A stretch of DNA of 64,000 nt from Candidatus Latescibacterota bacterium (GCA_965198115.1 OZ240241.1:6048001-6112000); one strand, 5' to 3'; positions 1 through 9,650 are shown, counted from the stretch's first letter. Translations and numbers: made by a program. The notes: generated from the letters alone by a model not told the origin.

Positions 1-591
1 TACGGTCCACGAAACGCCTTCGCGCGCCTCGGGGATTCCGAGAAGATCGAGCAGCATGGAGAGCCGATCGGGTTCGTAGGCGGGCGCTTCTCCGGGTACG
101 ATGCGAATGTTGAAGAAGGGTGTTTCGTCCTTGCGAAAACCGACTCGAATGCGAGCACCGCTTTTGTAACAAAAATAGATGGGGCAAAAGTCCTCATCGG
201 TACAGAAGCAGAAGGCGAGATCGTATTGTCGTTGGCGGAGCGAAGAGATGACCTCACGCCGTCTCGGCCCGAGCGGTAGCAGGAAATTGTCGTAAAGGAA
301 GACGTTGTCGATGAAGGGGATCTCGCCCGCGATGTAGCCTTTTTTGCGATGGGCGAGCAAATCGAGACTGGCTTCGGGATATCGTTCTCGGATCGCCCAG
401 AACTTAGAGGCGCCGATGAACAGGCCACCCGGCCGACTGTCGGGTACGAGCAGGATGCGGCTGGGATTCTGGAGCGCATCGGCCACGGAGAAGGCGGGTT
501 CCGAGTCGGCCGGCTTGGGTTCTGCCAGTTGAACTGCGAGGGGGGTCACGAGGGTGCGCCGCATCCAGTGCTGCAGACGAATCGCCGCCAC
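1..591 (-). CDS. Glycosyltransferase family 9 (LPS heptosyltransferase-like), runs off the window start
   Basis: Not in the ORF track. Manual minus-strand translation from GTG at 591 gives ...RILLVPDSRPGGLFIGASKFWAIRERYPEASLDLLAHRKKGYIAGEIPFIDNVFLYD...RQRQYDLAF...SGARIRVGF, the typical GT9 N-terminal pattern. It starts right after the upstream ATPase stop. Confidence 0.65.
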   Translation of the reverse strand, partial: MAAIRLQHWMRRTLVTPLAVQLAEPKPADSEPAFSVADALQNPSRILLVPDSRPGGLFIGASKFWAIRERYPEASLDLLAHRKKGYIAGEIPFIDNVFLYDNFLLPLGPRRREVISSLRQRQYDLAFCFCTDEDFCPIYFCYKSGARIRVGFRKDETPFFNIRIVPGEAPAYEPDRLSMLLDLLGIPEAREGVSWTV

Positions 592-592
592 G

Positions 593-1639
593 TCAGTCTT
601 TCCAGAGCCGGGATTCGAGGGCGACGCCCCGGGACATCTTCCGGTAGGATTTCCGATCGTAGCGCAGCTGTCGGTCGGTGACGCCCAGGTTGAAGAGGAT
701 GTTGTAGATACTCTTGGACACCTTCGACGTGGGCTGCTCGAGGAGAAACGGTCGCATGTTCTCGCGGGCATCGACAACGCGCTCGTCGTATTCGATGTGA
801 CCCAGATACTCCATCCGGACGCTCAGGTATTCCTGGACGAGGTAAACGAATCGCTCAGCGTCTTCGAGCTGACTCTTTTTTCGCACCTTGTTCATGATGA
901 GTTTGGGCGAAAAGTGGTCGATCAGGTGCTGACCCTGTTCTCCGAATTCGGGACGGTGGTCGCCCAGTTTCTCGATCAGATGCCGGATTTTGGTCGCACG
1001 CTGTCCGCTGTTACCGAAGTTCAGGATGATCTCGCGAAGGATCGTATTTCGGCCGAAGTGTTGGAGCAGACGACGGTAGACGGCGTTTTTGACGAAGGCG
1101 TAAGCATCGATTTTGGCCTGGGGCTCCGGATTGCAGACGACGATGCCCTCGTTCGAGATGACGAAGAAATCGAGGGTGTTGAATGCTGTGCCGGCACCGA
1201 GATCGACGAGGATGAAGTCGGCGTCGAGGTTGTTGATGTGTCGCTTGAGTTTTTCTTTCCGCTGGTGGGGCAGGTTCGCGAGCCCGATCAGCTCGCTCCC
1301 GCCGCATATGACGCTGAGATTGCTGCTCGGCGTCGGAAGGATGACGTCTTCGAGGTTGGGAAGACGCCCGCTCAGAAAGTCGTTGAGGTTCCGTTTGGGG
1401 ACGGGCATCCCGAAGGAGAGATGCAGATCCGCCCCTCCCAGGTCGGCGTCGACCAGAATGACCTTGTAGCCGAGGATGGCCAGTCCGACACCGAGATTGG
1501 AAGTGAGGACGGTTTTGCCAGTACCTCCCTTGCCGCCCGCTACCGCCCAGGTCCGTTTCTCGAGGGTGAAGTTATCGAGAAGGATCGTGGCCTGATCTTG
1601 TGCCTTGTCACGGAGCATGGATGTTGGGGTTTGGTCCAC
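593..1639 (-). CDS. MinD/ParA family ATPase (FleN/FlhG-like) with C-terminal extension
   Basis: Deviant Walker A GGKGGTGKT, plus LVDADLGG and ILVDLGAG motifs. Confidence 0.85.
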   Translation of the reverse strand: MDQTPTSMLRDKAQDQATILLDNFTLEKRTWAVAGGKGGTGKTVLTSNLGVGLAILGYKVILVDADLGGADLHLSFGMPVPKRNLNDFLSGRLPNLEDVILPTPSSNLSVICGGSELIGLANLPHQRKEKLKRHINNLDADFILVDLGAGTAFNTLDFFVISNEGIVVCNPEPQAKIDAYAFVKNAVYRRLLQHFGRNTILREIILNFGNSGQRATKIRHLIEKLGDHRPEFGEQGQHLIDHFSPKLIMNKVRKKSQLEDAERFVYLVQEYLSVRMEYLGHIEYDERVVDARENMRPFLLEQPTSKVSKSIYNILFNLGVTDRQLRYDRKSYRKMSRGVALESRLWKD

Positions 1640-1687
1640 TCCAGGAGCGCAGGGAGGGGAGAGAGCCGGACGGGGTAAAACCGGTGT

Positions 1688-1716
1688 AACATAATGTAAT
1701 ATAGGAAGTTTGTCAA
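1688..1716 (-). promoter_or_regulatory. Sigma70-type promoter for the MinD-like gene
   Basis: Minus strand TTGACA (1716-1711), 17 bp spacer, TATGTT (1693-1688). Confidence 0.7.
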
Positions 1717-1760
1717 TCCTTATCCCGGCGAACCAAGTGACTTACGAGCGGAGATTTCGC

Positions 1761-1789
1761 TTGCCTGCCCAAGGTTCGTGAAGTATAAT
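1761..1789 (+). promoter_or_regulatory. Sigma70-type promoter, divergent from the previous one
   Basis: TTGCCT (1761-66), 17 bp spacer, TATAAT (1784-89). Confidence 0.7.
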
Positions 1790-1844
1790 CATGACGCTTT
1801 GTCACAGCCCTAACCTTTTGCAGATTCAGCAGATGGAGCGCATT

Positions 1845-2609
1845 ATGACTTCTTCCGACCATTCCTCCGGAAACCTCTACCAAGAGGTGCTCGAATTGGC
1901 CAAACGCGAGATCGACGAAGCCGTCGGGCAGATGGAGGACCTCAAACGCTCCATCCAACTGCTGGAAGCACGTGTGGAAGCAGCCAAGTCCATCTACGAG
2001 TCAGTTGCTGCCCGGCTGAATCTGGAGGACGAGGGCGCCTCGGGATATGCTTCGGCCTACGAGGAACCGCCCAAAGAGGTTCCGGAACCCCCCGCACCGG
2101 CCGAAGAAGCTCCACCACCCGTTGCCGCCCCTCCGCAGCCGGCCGCAGCGACACCGAGTGAGCCCGAGGCCGTGCCACCGGCAACAGCGCCTTCGCCGCC
2201 TGAACCTGCTCCAGCCGAACCGAGCCCTGTAGAGGTGGCAAACGAGGTGCCAACGGATGATCTGAGTCTGATTCGACAGCACCTGGCGCAGAAGCTGGAC
2301 GGAAATGGAGCCGGAAACGGCCCCGCGCCCGAGGCTACTCCAGCACCAGCACCCGCCCCGCCCTCCGTCCCTGCTGAGCCTCCCGCTTCGACCGACGACA
2401 AAGACGCATTCAGTATGGACCTGATTCGGCGACATCTGGCTGAAAAGGCGCAGACCGACGAGTCTACGGCCACACAGGCTCCGCCCCCACCGCCCGCGGA
2501 ACAACCTGATCCCGCGCCTGCGCCAGAGGCGGCCGAACCCTCGCAGGGCGGTCTGTCGGATGCGGATCGCGAACTGATCGGCGCCTATCTGCGGTCCAAA
2601 CAGAGCTAA
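1845..2609 (+). CDS. Hypothetical protein: N-terminal coiled coil plus Pro/Ala/Glu-rich disordered region with repeated short helical motifs
   Basis: ORF 1791..2609. ATG 1845 has GGAG upstream and lies downstream of the promoter. Heptad-like N-terminus; motifs LSLIRQHLAQK, MDLIRRHLAEK, RELIGAYLRSK. Confidence 0.7.
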   Translation: MTSSDHSSGNLYQEVLELAKREIDEAVGQMEDLKRSIQLLEARVEAAKSIYESVAARLNLEDEGASGYASAYEEPPKEVPEPPAPAEEAPPPVAAPPQPAAATPSEPEAVPPATAPSPPEPAPAEPSPVEVANEVPTDDLSLIRQHLAQKLDGNGAGNGPAPEATPAPAPAPPSVPAEPPASTDDKDAFSMDLIRRHLAEKAQTDESTATQAPPPPPAEQPDPAPAPEAAEPSQGGLSDADRELIGAYLRSKQS

Positions 2610-2740
2610 AGCCTCCCCCAGATTGGGTCCCTACTCCCTCACGAGCGCCGGGTTGTTTCCGTGTGCAGAGGCTGCTGCGTTGTCGCTTTTCTACGTCCAC
2701 ATCGATGTGGTGACTCCGTCCAGTCGGTCGGAGTTTTTTA

Positions 2741-4186
2741 ATGAGTACACTCGAAGCTGATCGCATCAAGCAGATGACACTCGAAGAGCGTTGTCTCTAC
2801 ATCGACAGTCTGACACCCGAGGGGGGCCTCTACACCGATGCCCAACGTCCGGTCCACCCGGACGCGAACAGCAGCTGGCAGGTGGGACCGGAAGCGTGGA
2901 TGCTGCCGGCGACCGTCGTCGATCACCTTCAGACCCTCGGCGATCACCTGCTGAAGTTCTATCGGGCGCTGAACCTGCTCTACCATCAAAGCTGGCGGGG
3001 CACTCAGCCGACCTGGGTTGCCGAGTATCTGGATCAGGGAAAGCCCGAATCGGTGGTCTCTCTTGGTCGGATGAACCGATTCAGGCAGCACCTACCCGGG
3101 GTGATACGTCCGGATCTGATTCCCACCCGGCAAGGGATGATCGCGACGGAACTGGATTCTCTGCCCGGCGGGATCGGCTTTACAGGGTCTTTGGGCCAGC
3201 GCTACGCCACCCTGGGCGACACGATCCTGGGCGGATCCGACGGGATGATTTCCGGGTTTTCCGATATGCTGCACGACGTGGCCGGGATCGACCGGCCAGT
3301 GGTCGCCGTGGTCGTATCGGAAGAATCCTCAGCGTGGCGACCGGAAATGGCGTGGATGGCGGACCAGCTTCGTGCCCGCGGTCTGGATATTCGTGTGATG
3401 GGCCCCGAGGACGTGATTTTCACGGAGGAGGGTCTGTTCAACGATTTCGAGGGATCACGCGAGAAGATCGACGTGATCTATCGGTTCTTCGAGTTGTTCG
3501 ACCTGAAGAACATTCCGAAGATGGACCTGATTCTGTATGCGGCGAAGAAGAACCAGGTGAAGATCACGCCGCCGTTGAAGAGCTATCTCGAAGAGAAAAT
3601 GACGATGGGCCTCCTCAGGCACGCCGAGCTGCAAGACTTTTGGCACCAACACCTGGGCGAAGCTTCGATCGCATTCCTGGACGCGACCTTTCCTCAAACC
3701 TGGGTCCTCGATCCCACTCCCCCACCCCCCTACGCCGTGATCCCCGGTCTTACGTTCGGCGATCGGCAGCTCTCGGATTGGCGTCAGTTGGCGACCCTCG
3801 GACAGAAGGACCGGCAGCTGGTGATCAAGCCGTCAGGATTTTCAGAGCAGGCCTGGGGAAGCCGGGGTGTTTCGATCGGGCACGATATGTCGGAGAGCGA
3901 CTGGACGAAGGTCATCGAAGAGACGCTTGCCGCCTTCGAGAAAACCCCACACATTCTACAGCGGTTCCACAATGGGGCGACTTTTCCGGTCGAGTACTAC
4001 GATTTTGAAACGGCGACGATGAAAGGGTTCCGGGGGCGTGTCCGTCTCCAGCCCTACTACTTCGTCGTGGGAGACGAGGCCCGGCTCTCGGGTGTTCAAG
4101 CGACGGTGTGTCCGCCGGACAAGAAGCTTCTTCACGGGATGGTGGACGCGGTGGTTTTGCCCTGTTCAGTGACCATTGACAAGTGA
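2741..4186 (+). CDS. ATP-grasp-like (glutathionylspermidine synthase / circularly permuted type) ligase of unknown function
   Basis: 481 aa with motifs IRPDL...ELDSLPGGIG, DVIYRFFE, LEEK, LVIKPSG...WGSRGVSIG and ILQRF. Confidence 0.55.
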   Translation: MSTLEADRIKQMTLEERCLYIDSLTPEGGLYTDAQRPVHPDANSSWQVGPEAWMLPATVVDHLQTLGDHLLKFYRALNLLYHQSWRGTQPTWVAEYLDQGKPESVVSLGRMNRFRQHLPGVIRPDLIPTRQGMIATELDSLPGGIGFTGSLGQRYATLGDTILGGSDGMISGFSDMLHDVAGIDRPVVAVVVSEESSAWRPEMAWMADQLRARGLDIRVMGPEDVIFTEEGLFNDFEGSREKIDVIYRFFELFDLKNIPKMDLILYAAKKNQVKITPPLKSYLEEKMTMGLLRHAELQDFWHQHLGEASIAFLDATFPQTWVLDPTPPPPYAVIPGLTFGDRQLSDWRQLATLGQKDRQLVIKPSGFSEQAWGSRGVSIGHDMSESDWTKVIEETLAAFEKTPHILQRFHNGATFPVEYYDFETATMKGFRGRVRLQPYYFVVGDEARLSGVQATVCPPDKKLLHGMVDAVVLPCSVTIDK

Positions 4187-4206
4187 CCCGTGACCATTGA
4201 CCAGAG

Positions 4207-5049
4207 ATGGCTTTGACTAAATCGACCGAAAAGAAACTCGACGCACTTCTCGAGCGGTTGGATGCGATGCGGAGCGTGCTGATCGCTTTCTCCGGTGGTG
4301 TGGACAGCACGTTTCTGGCGGCGGCCGCTCACCGTGTGCTGAAAGATCGTGCGCTGGCAGTGACGGCGGTGTCGGCGAGCTATCCCGACGGCGAGATCGA
4401 GAAGGCCCGAGAGGTGGCCGAGCAGATCGGCATCGGTCTAGAGCTGGTCTACACCGACGAGCTCGACAATCCCGACTACGTCAAGAACGCGCCCGATCGC
4501 TGTTTCCATTGCAAGTCGGCGCTGGCCGATAAGATGGAGGAGCTGGCCGGTCAGTACGCTGGGCGATTCGAGCATCTATTGTACGGGGCCATTTCCGACG
4601 ACGTGGGTGATTACCGACCCGGGATGAAGGCGGCATCGGACCGTGGGATCGAGGCGCCACTGATCGAGACGGGATTTACGAAGGAAGATGTGAGAGCCGT
4701 CTCCAGGGCGTGGAATCTTCCGACGTGGAACGATCCGGCCTCGGCCTGTCTGTCCTCGCGAATCCCCTACGGCACGGAGGTGACGCCGGAGGCGTTGTCG
4801 ATGATCGATCGTGCCGAGCAGGTGCTGAAGTCGGCCGGTTTCCGGCAGGTTCGAGTACGTCATCACAACGAGATCGCGCGTATCGAGCTGCCGCCGGACG
4901 ATCTCGTCCGGGTGATTGCCGACGGGCTGAATCAGTCGATCAGCCGGTCTCTCAAGGAGATCGGCTACAAGTACGTCACACTCGATCTGGAGGGGTATCG
5001 AACGGGTAGCCTGAACGAAGTGCTCGTCGACATTCAGGGCGCCGATTGA
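4207..5049 (+). CDS. larE: ATP-dependent sulfur transferase LarE family
   Basis: PP-loop AFSGGVDS, RCFHCK, DYRPG, ACLSSRIPYG, VRVRHH, LDLEGYRTGSLN. Confidence 0.9.
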   Translation: MALTKSTEKKLDALLERLDAMRSVLIAFSGGVDSTFLAAAAHRVLKDRALAVTAVSASYPDGEIEKAREVAEQIGIGLELVYTDELDNPDYVKNAPDRCFHCKSALADKMEELAGQYAGRFEHLLYGAISDDVGDYRPGMKAASDRGIEAPLIETGFTKEDVRAVSRAWNLPTWNDPASACLSSRIPYGTEVTPEALSMIDRAEQVLKSAGFRQVRVRHHNEIARIELPPDDLVRVIADGLNQSISRSLKEIGYKYVTLDLEGYRTGSLNEVLVDIQGAD

Positions 5050-5612
5050 TGCAATTCCTGGAGATCAAGAAGTTCGGGTGCCCGACGCTCAAGCAACCCG
5101 CGTCGGAGATCGAGACGATCGATGATGACGTAGAAACCTTGGTGGACCGGATGTTCGCGACGATGTATGCCGCCGAAGGCATTGGTCTGGCCGCACCCCA
5201 GGTAGGTGTCTCACAACGCGTCGTCGTACTGGATGTGCGCCCGAGCGACCCGACCCGCGAGGCGATGGCCCTGATCAATCCGACGATCGTCGAGGCATCG
5301 GGCGAAATCGTGGGTGAGGAGGGATGTCTGAGCATTCCCGGTGTTGCCGGTGACGTGAAGCGGGCGTCGGATATTCGAGTGGAGGCGACCGACCCCGACG
5401 GGTCGCCGATGGTGGTGACCGCCACCGGGATCGAAGCTCGGGTCCTGCAGCACGAAATCGATCACCTGGATGGCGTTCTGGTCGTAGAACGGTTCAGCGC
5501 GATCCGCTGCAACTTGCTCCGAAGTCAGCTGCGGAAGATTCGGAAAGAGGGAAACCACCAGGAAACAGGGCCCGTCGAGGTGGAGGCGGTGGTCTCGGAG
5601 TCCTCGCCTTGA
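5049..5612 (+). CDS. def: Peptide deformylase
   Basis: GIGLAAPQVG, EGCLSIP, QHEIDHLDG motifs. Confidence 0.95.
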   Translation: MQFLEIKKFGCPTLKQPASEIETIDDDVETLVDRMFATMYAAEGIGLAAPQVGVSQRVVVLDVRPSDPTREAMALINPTIVEASGEIVGEEGCLSIPGVAGDVKRASDIRVEATDPDGSPMVVTATGIEARVLQHEIDHLDGVLVVERFSAIRCNLLRSQLRKIRKEGNHQETGPVEVEAVVSESSP

Positions 5613-6445
5613 CCGAGGAGTTCGTCGATCTGCACTTGCACTCGACCCGGTCGGATGGCTCTTCGACGCCAACGGAGGTGGTCGAGCGCGCGGCCGGTCT
5701 GGGTCTGGGCGTGATCAGCCTGACGGACCACGACTCGGTGGAAGGTGTCGATGAGGCGCAGTCGGTCGGTCGCCAGCTGGGTGTGGAGGTCGTGGCCGGG
5801 GCAGAGTTGAGCGCCCACCTGGACAATCGCGACGTGCACATCCTCGCCTATTTCGTCGATCCCCTCCACGAGCCGCTCCAGGCCTGTCTGCAGATGTATC
5901 GCGGCGAACGACAGAACAGGGCTGGCAGAATCGTAAAAAAGCTCAACAGTATGGGGATCCGGATCACGTTCGAGCAGGTGGTGGCCAAGGCCGAAGGCGG
6001 CGCCATCGGACGGCCTCACGTGGCCGACGTGCTCGTCGAGGAAGGATTCTGCTTCTCGCCGAACGAGGCCTTCAACAAATACCTGGGCTATGGGAAGCCG
6101 GCCTACGAGAGCAAGTATGTGATGTCGCCGAGCGAGGCAGTCGATGTCATCCACGAGGCCGGAGGTATCGCCGTGATCGCGCACCCCGCGTTGTATGGCG
6201 ACGACGACCTTCTGCCCGCGCTCGTGGCTGAAGGAATCGACGGGATCGAGGTCTGGCATATCAGACACAACGCCGGCCACATCGACCGCTATTCGGCCTT
6301 TGCCCAGGAGAATGGACTGCTGGTTTCGGGCGGGTCGGATTGTCACGGCGACGGACGTGGGGAGGCTGTGATGGGCAAGGTCACCGTCGCCCGATCGGTG
6401 TATGACAACCTCGAGCGGGGCTGGCGATCTCGCGTGTCGGCCTGA
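5609..6445 (+). CDS. PHP domain metal-dependent phosphoesterase (TrpH/YciV-like)
   Basis: DLHLHSTRSDG, TDHD, GRPH, AHP, GGSDCHG. Confidence 0.9.
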   Translation: MTEEFVDLHLHSTRSDGSSTPTEVVERAAGLGLGVISLTDHDSVEGVDEAQSVGRQLGVEVVAGAELSAHLDNRDVHILAYFVDPLHEPLQACLQMYRGERQNRAGRIVKKLNSMGIRITFEQVVAKAEGGAIGRPHVADVLVEEGFCFSPNEAFNKYLGYGKPAYESKYVMSPSEAVDVIHEAGGIAVIAHPALYGDDDLLPALVAEGIDGIEVWHIRHNAGHIDRYSAFAQENGLLVSGGSDCHGDGRGEAVMGKVTVARSVYDNLERGWRSRVSA

Positions 6446-6470
6446 CGGATCTTCGACTCTCGTGTGAATC

Positions 6471-6505
6471 GAGCCGAGCGAAATCGCTCGGCTTCTTCTA
6501 TTTTT
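6471..6505 (+). terminator. Probable intrinsic terminator
   Basis: Stem AGCCGAGCG-AAAT-CGCTCGGCT followed by TCTTCTATTTTT. Confidence 0.55.
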
Positions 6506-6509
6506 AGGT

Positions 6510-7514
6510 ATGTCCGAAAACCGTCCATCCGACCGGCCCGTCCTGCTTTCCGAGGGTCGCGCAGACCAGTACTTTCTGAACACCCGTGATATCTTGCGCT
6601 GCGAGGGGCTCGACCCCACGGCAACGATGGAGGTATTTTCGAACGGGGCAGGTGTTCTTTGCGGTGTGGACGAGGTGGTTGACCACCTCCGGTCCTCTCC
6701 CGCGTCGAGTCACCTGACGATCGAGGCTGCCGAAGAGGGCGCCAAAATATTGTCGAAGGAGGTCGTTCTTCGACTCGAAGGGCCCTATTCATCTTTTGGC
6801 GTTTTCGAAACCGCCCTGCTGGGTACACTCTCCCACGGAACCGGATGGGCGACGGGTGCCGCACAGTGCGTGGAAGCAGCGGGGGACATTCCCGTCATCA
6901 GCTTCGGGGCACGGCACGTCCATCCAGCTGTGTCGGATCGAATGGAATACGCTGCGATGGTCGGGGGCTGCGTGGGCTGTGCAACACCCGACGGTGCGGC
7001 TCTGGCCGGAAAATCGGCTTCAGGGACGATGCCCCACGCGATGATCCTCGTGTTCGGAGATACGGTCCGGGCGGCCGAAGCGTTCGACCGGCGGATGCCC
7101 GAAACGACCCATCGTATCGTCCTCGTGGATACGTTCCGAGACGAAGTCGAGGAGAGCGTGCGTGTCGCAGATACACTCGGAGGCCGTCTATGGGGGGTTC
7201 GGCTCGACACGTCTTCGGAGATGGGGGGTGTGACGGTCGATCTGGTTTGCCGGACTCGTGAGGCCTTGGACGCGGGTGGACACGACGGAGTCAAAATTCT
7301 GGTGAGTGGTGGGTTCGACTCGAAGAAGATTGACGAATTCGTGGCCGCGGCCTGTCCGGTCGACGGATTCGGCGTCGGCAGCGCCATCAGTGGGGCGCGC
7401 CCGATCGATTTTACGGCAGATCTGAAGGAGATTGACGGGCGTGCCGTGGCCAAACGGGGGCGTAGACCCGGGCGGTCGAAGGCCACACGACTGCGTCCCG
7501 TTCACTCAGGTTGA
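6510..7514 (+). CDS. pncB: Nicotinate phosphoribosyltransferase (short archaeal/Thermus type)
   Basis: DQYF, SFGARHVHP, GTMPHA, LVDTF, GVRLDT, SGGF, FGVGS, KRG. Confidence 0.8.
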   Translation: MSENRPSDRPVLLSEGRADQYFLNTRDILRCEGLDPTATMEVFSNGAGVLCGVDEVVDHLRSSPASSHLTIEAAEEGAKILSKEVVLRLEGPYSSFGVFETALLGTLSHGTGWATGAAQCVEAAGDIPVISFGARHVHPAVSDRMEYAAMVGGCVGCATPDGAALAGKSASGTMPHAMILVFGDTVRAAEAFDRRMPETTHRIVLVDTFRDEVEESVRVADTLGGRLWGVRLDTSSEMGGVTVDLVCRTREALDAGGHDGVKILVSGGFDSKKIDEFVAAACPVDGFGVGSAISGARPIDFTADLKEIDGRAVAKRGRRPGRSKATRLRPVHSG

Positions 7515-7534
7515 AGGGCGACATCGGAGAGTCT

Positions 7535-7783
7535 ATGCAGATCAAGGTTCTGTATTTCGCGACTTGTGCGGATATCGTAGGGAACAGAGAGCAGACGATC
7601 GACCTCCCCCCGGGGTCCGTACTGGACGATCTTATCCAGGCGGTCATCAGCGAGCACCCTCGCCTTGCTCCCGTTCGCCAGAGCGCGATGATTTCGCTTA
7701 ACCAGGAGTATGCGAACGGCGATGCCGCGCTGTCGGATGGGGATGAAGTGGCCCTGATTCCGCCCGTGAGTGGAGGCGAATAG
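7535..7783 (+). CDS. moaD: Molybdopterin synthase sulfur carrier subunit
   Basis: IKVLYFA...DGDEVALIPPVSGG, with an extra Glu after the GG. Confidence 0.9.
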   Translation: MQIKVLYFATCADIVGNREQTIDLPPGSVLDDLIQAVISEHPRLAPVRQSAMISLNQEYANGDAALSDGDEVALIPPVSGGE

Positions 7784-7822
7784 AGCGGGAGCACGGTTAC
7801 CGTGCTCCGAATGGAGAGAAGT

Positions 7823-8281
7823 ATGGGCAAGGACATTTACGAACTCGTCGATGCTCCCATCAAGCCGGACGCACTCCACGATCTGGTTCTGAGTCACCAC
7901 GACGGGGCCATTACGACCTTTGCGGGGGTCGTTCGGGACAACACGAAAGGGCGGGCGACGCATCATCTCGTTTACGATGCCTATAAGGAGATGGCTGAGA
8001 AAAAGATGCGCGAGATCGGCGACGAGTTGAAAGAACAATGGGAAATCGACTGTGTGGGGATGCTCCACGGAACCGGTCGTATGGAAATCGGGGACATCAG
8101 CGTGCTGATAGCCATCTCGTCCGCCCACCGGAGGGCGTCGCTGGAAGCCTGTCACTACGCCATCGATCGGTTGAAGGAGACCGTCCCTATTTGGAAGAAG
8201 GAAGTCTGGGAGGACGGTGAAGCGTGGATCGAGGGGGACCCCTCGTCACCTCCGCCAGCTTCGATGGAGGATGGGGCGTGA
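7823..8281 (+). CDS. moaE: Molybdopterin synthase catalytic subunit
   Basis: GAITTFAGVVR, SSAHR, IDRLKETVPIWKKE. Confidence 0.92.
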   Translation: MGKDIYELVDAPIKPDALHDLVLSHHDGAITTFAGVVRDNTKGRATHHLVYDAYKEMAEKKMREIGDELKEQWEIDCVGMLHGTGRMEIGDISVLIAISSAHRRASLEACHYAIDRLKETVPIWKKEVWEDGEAWIEGDPSSPPPASMEDGA

Positions 8282-8769
8282 ACACCTCGGACACCGTTCA
8301 CCCGCCGGGTTTCAGTTGGGTGATCGACGGGGAACTCGCAGGAATGGCTCATCCGGAGGGGTCGTGGACGCCCCTGGCGGAGGTGCTGGAGGCTCTGTCC
8401 GCGATCGGCATCGGTGGGATCGTGTCATTGTCGGAACGGCCGCTCGAGGCGAAAACCGTCTCAGAAGGCGGGTTCGTGTATCTACACGCACCTATTCCTG
8501 ATTTCGGTGTCCCCCGTCTTGATACGATCGAGACGGTGAATGCTTTTGTCGATCGCTCCAGAGAGGCCGAACGGGGTGTGGTCATACACTGCGGAGCAGG
8601 CCTGGGTAGAACCGGAACGATTCTGGCGTGCTACCTGGCCCATAGAGGCTCGAGTGCACAAGAGGCTATCGAGCACGTTCGGAGTCTACGTCCCGGTTCA
8701 ATCGAGACGCCTGATCAGGAGAATGTGGTTATGCGATTCGAGGCCCAACGGCGGAGTTCGTTGAATTGA
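8278..8769 (+). CDS. Dual-specificity / protein-tyrosine phosphatase family protein
   Basis: HCGAGLGRTG (CX5R), PIPDF, RPGSIETPDQ. Confidence 0.9.
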   Translation: MNTSDTVHPPGFSWVIDGELAGMAHPEGSWTPLAEVLEALSAIGIGGIVSLSERPLEAKTVSEGGFVYLHAPIPDFGVPRLDTIETVNAFVDRSREAERGVVIHCGAGLGRTGTILACYLAHRGSSAQEAIEHVRSLRPGSIETPDQENVVMRFEAQRRSSLN

Positions 8770-9644
8770 TCGGGTTGACGGTCGTTTGCCAGCTGACGCT
8801 GGCGAAAGCGACCCCCCTGTTGCTGGCCGCCCTGGGCGGGCTCTTTTCGGAGCGGTCCGGGGTCGTGAACATCGCGCTCGAGGGGATGATGCTAGTGGGC
8901 GCCTTTTTCGGGATTGTCGGGAGCATCTACTTCGATTCCGCCTGGCTCGGATTGGTGTCGGGAGCCTTGGCGGGAGCATCGCTCGCCTTCGTGCACGCAG
9001 CTGCGACGGTCTGGTTACGCGCCGACCAGATCGTGAGTGGGACTGCGGTGAATCTTTTCGCGATCGGTCTGACGGGATATTTGCTCTTCGTGGTGTTCGG
9101 GGCACACGGGAGCAGCCCGCTGGCTCCGAAGCTGCCGATTGTTGGAAGTGGCGTGCTCCGCGCATCTCCCCTCACCTACCTCGGTCTTTTCCTCGTCGTT
9201 GTCACCTGGGCCGTCATTTACCGAAGCCGCTGGGGTCTACGCGTCAGAGCCGTCGGGGAATCTCCTGCGACGGTGAGGGCTTCGGGTCTATCCGTCGAGC
9301 GGCTTCGGTTCGTAGCCGTCGTCGTGAGCGGTGTCCTGGCCGGCTTGGGTGGCGCCCACCTTTCTCTAGGCGATTTGAGTCAGTTTGTGGAAAGGATGAC
9401 GGCTGGTCGTGGCTTCATCGCGCTGGCGGCCCTCATTTTTGGGCGGTGGCATCCTTTTGGGGTGCTGGGCGCCTGCCTGTTTTTCGGCGTCGCAGAGGCG
9501 GTCGCGGACACTTTGCAGGGATGGACGGCGGTGGTTCCGTCCCAGGTTTTCCTGGCCTTGCCTTTCGTACTGACGATGGTGGTCCTGGCCGGGTTTATGG
9601 GACGAACACGGCCTCCGGCAGCGTTGGGGATGTCGGAGGAATAG
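8766..9644 (+). CDS. ABC transporter permease (nucleoside / BPD_transp_2 family)
   Basis: SERSGVVNIALEGMML, GLRVRAVGE, GRGFIALAALIFGRW; multi-TM. Confidence 0.88.
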   Translation: MIGLTVVCQLTLAKATPLLLAALGGLFSERSGVVNIALEGMMLVGAFFGIVGSIYFDSAWLGLVSGALAGASLAFVHAAATVWLRADQIVSGTAVNLFAIGLTGYLLFVVFGAHGSSPLAPKLPIVGSGVLRASPLTYLGLFLVVVTWAVIYRSRWGLRVRAVGESPATVRASGLSVERLRFVAVVVSGVLAGLGGAHLSLGDLSQFVERMTAGRGFIALAALIFGRWHPFGVLGACLFFGVAEAVADTLQGWTAVVPSQVFLALPFVLTMVVLAGFMGRTRPPAALGMSEE

Positions 9645-9650
9645 TTCTGG

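Noticed and set aside
554-1678. Long antisense or alternate-frame ORFs (e.g. 554..1678, 5525..6619, 16697..17707, 38322..39572, 61125..62093, 62810..63802)
   Set aside because: Shadow ORFs of well-supported genes on the opposite strand, expected at high GC, with no recognisable motifs.
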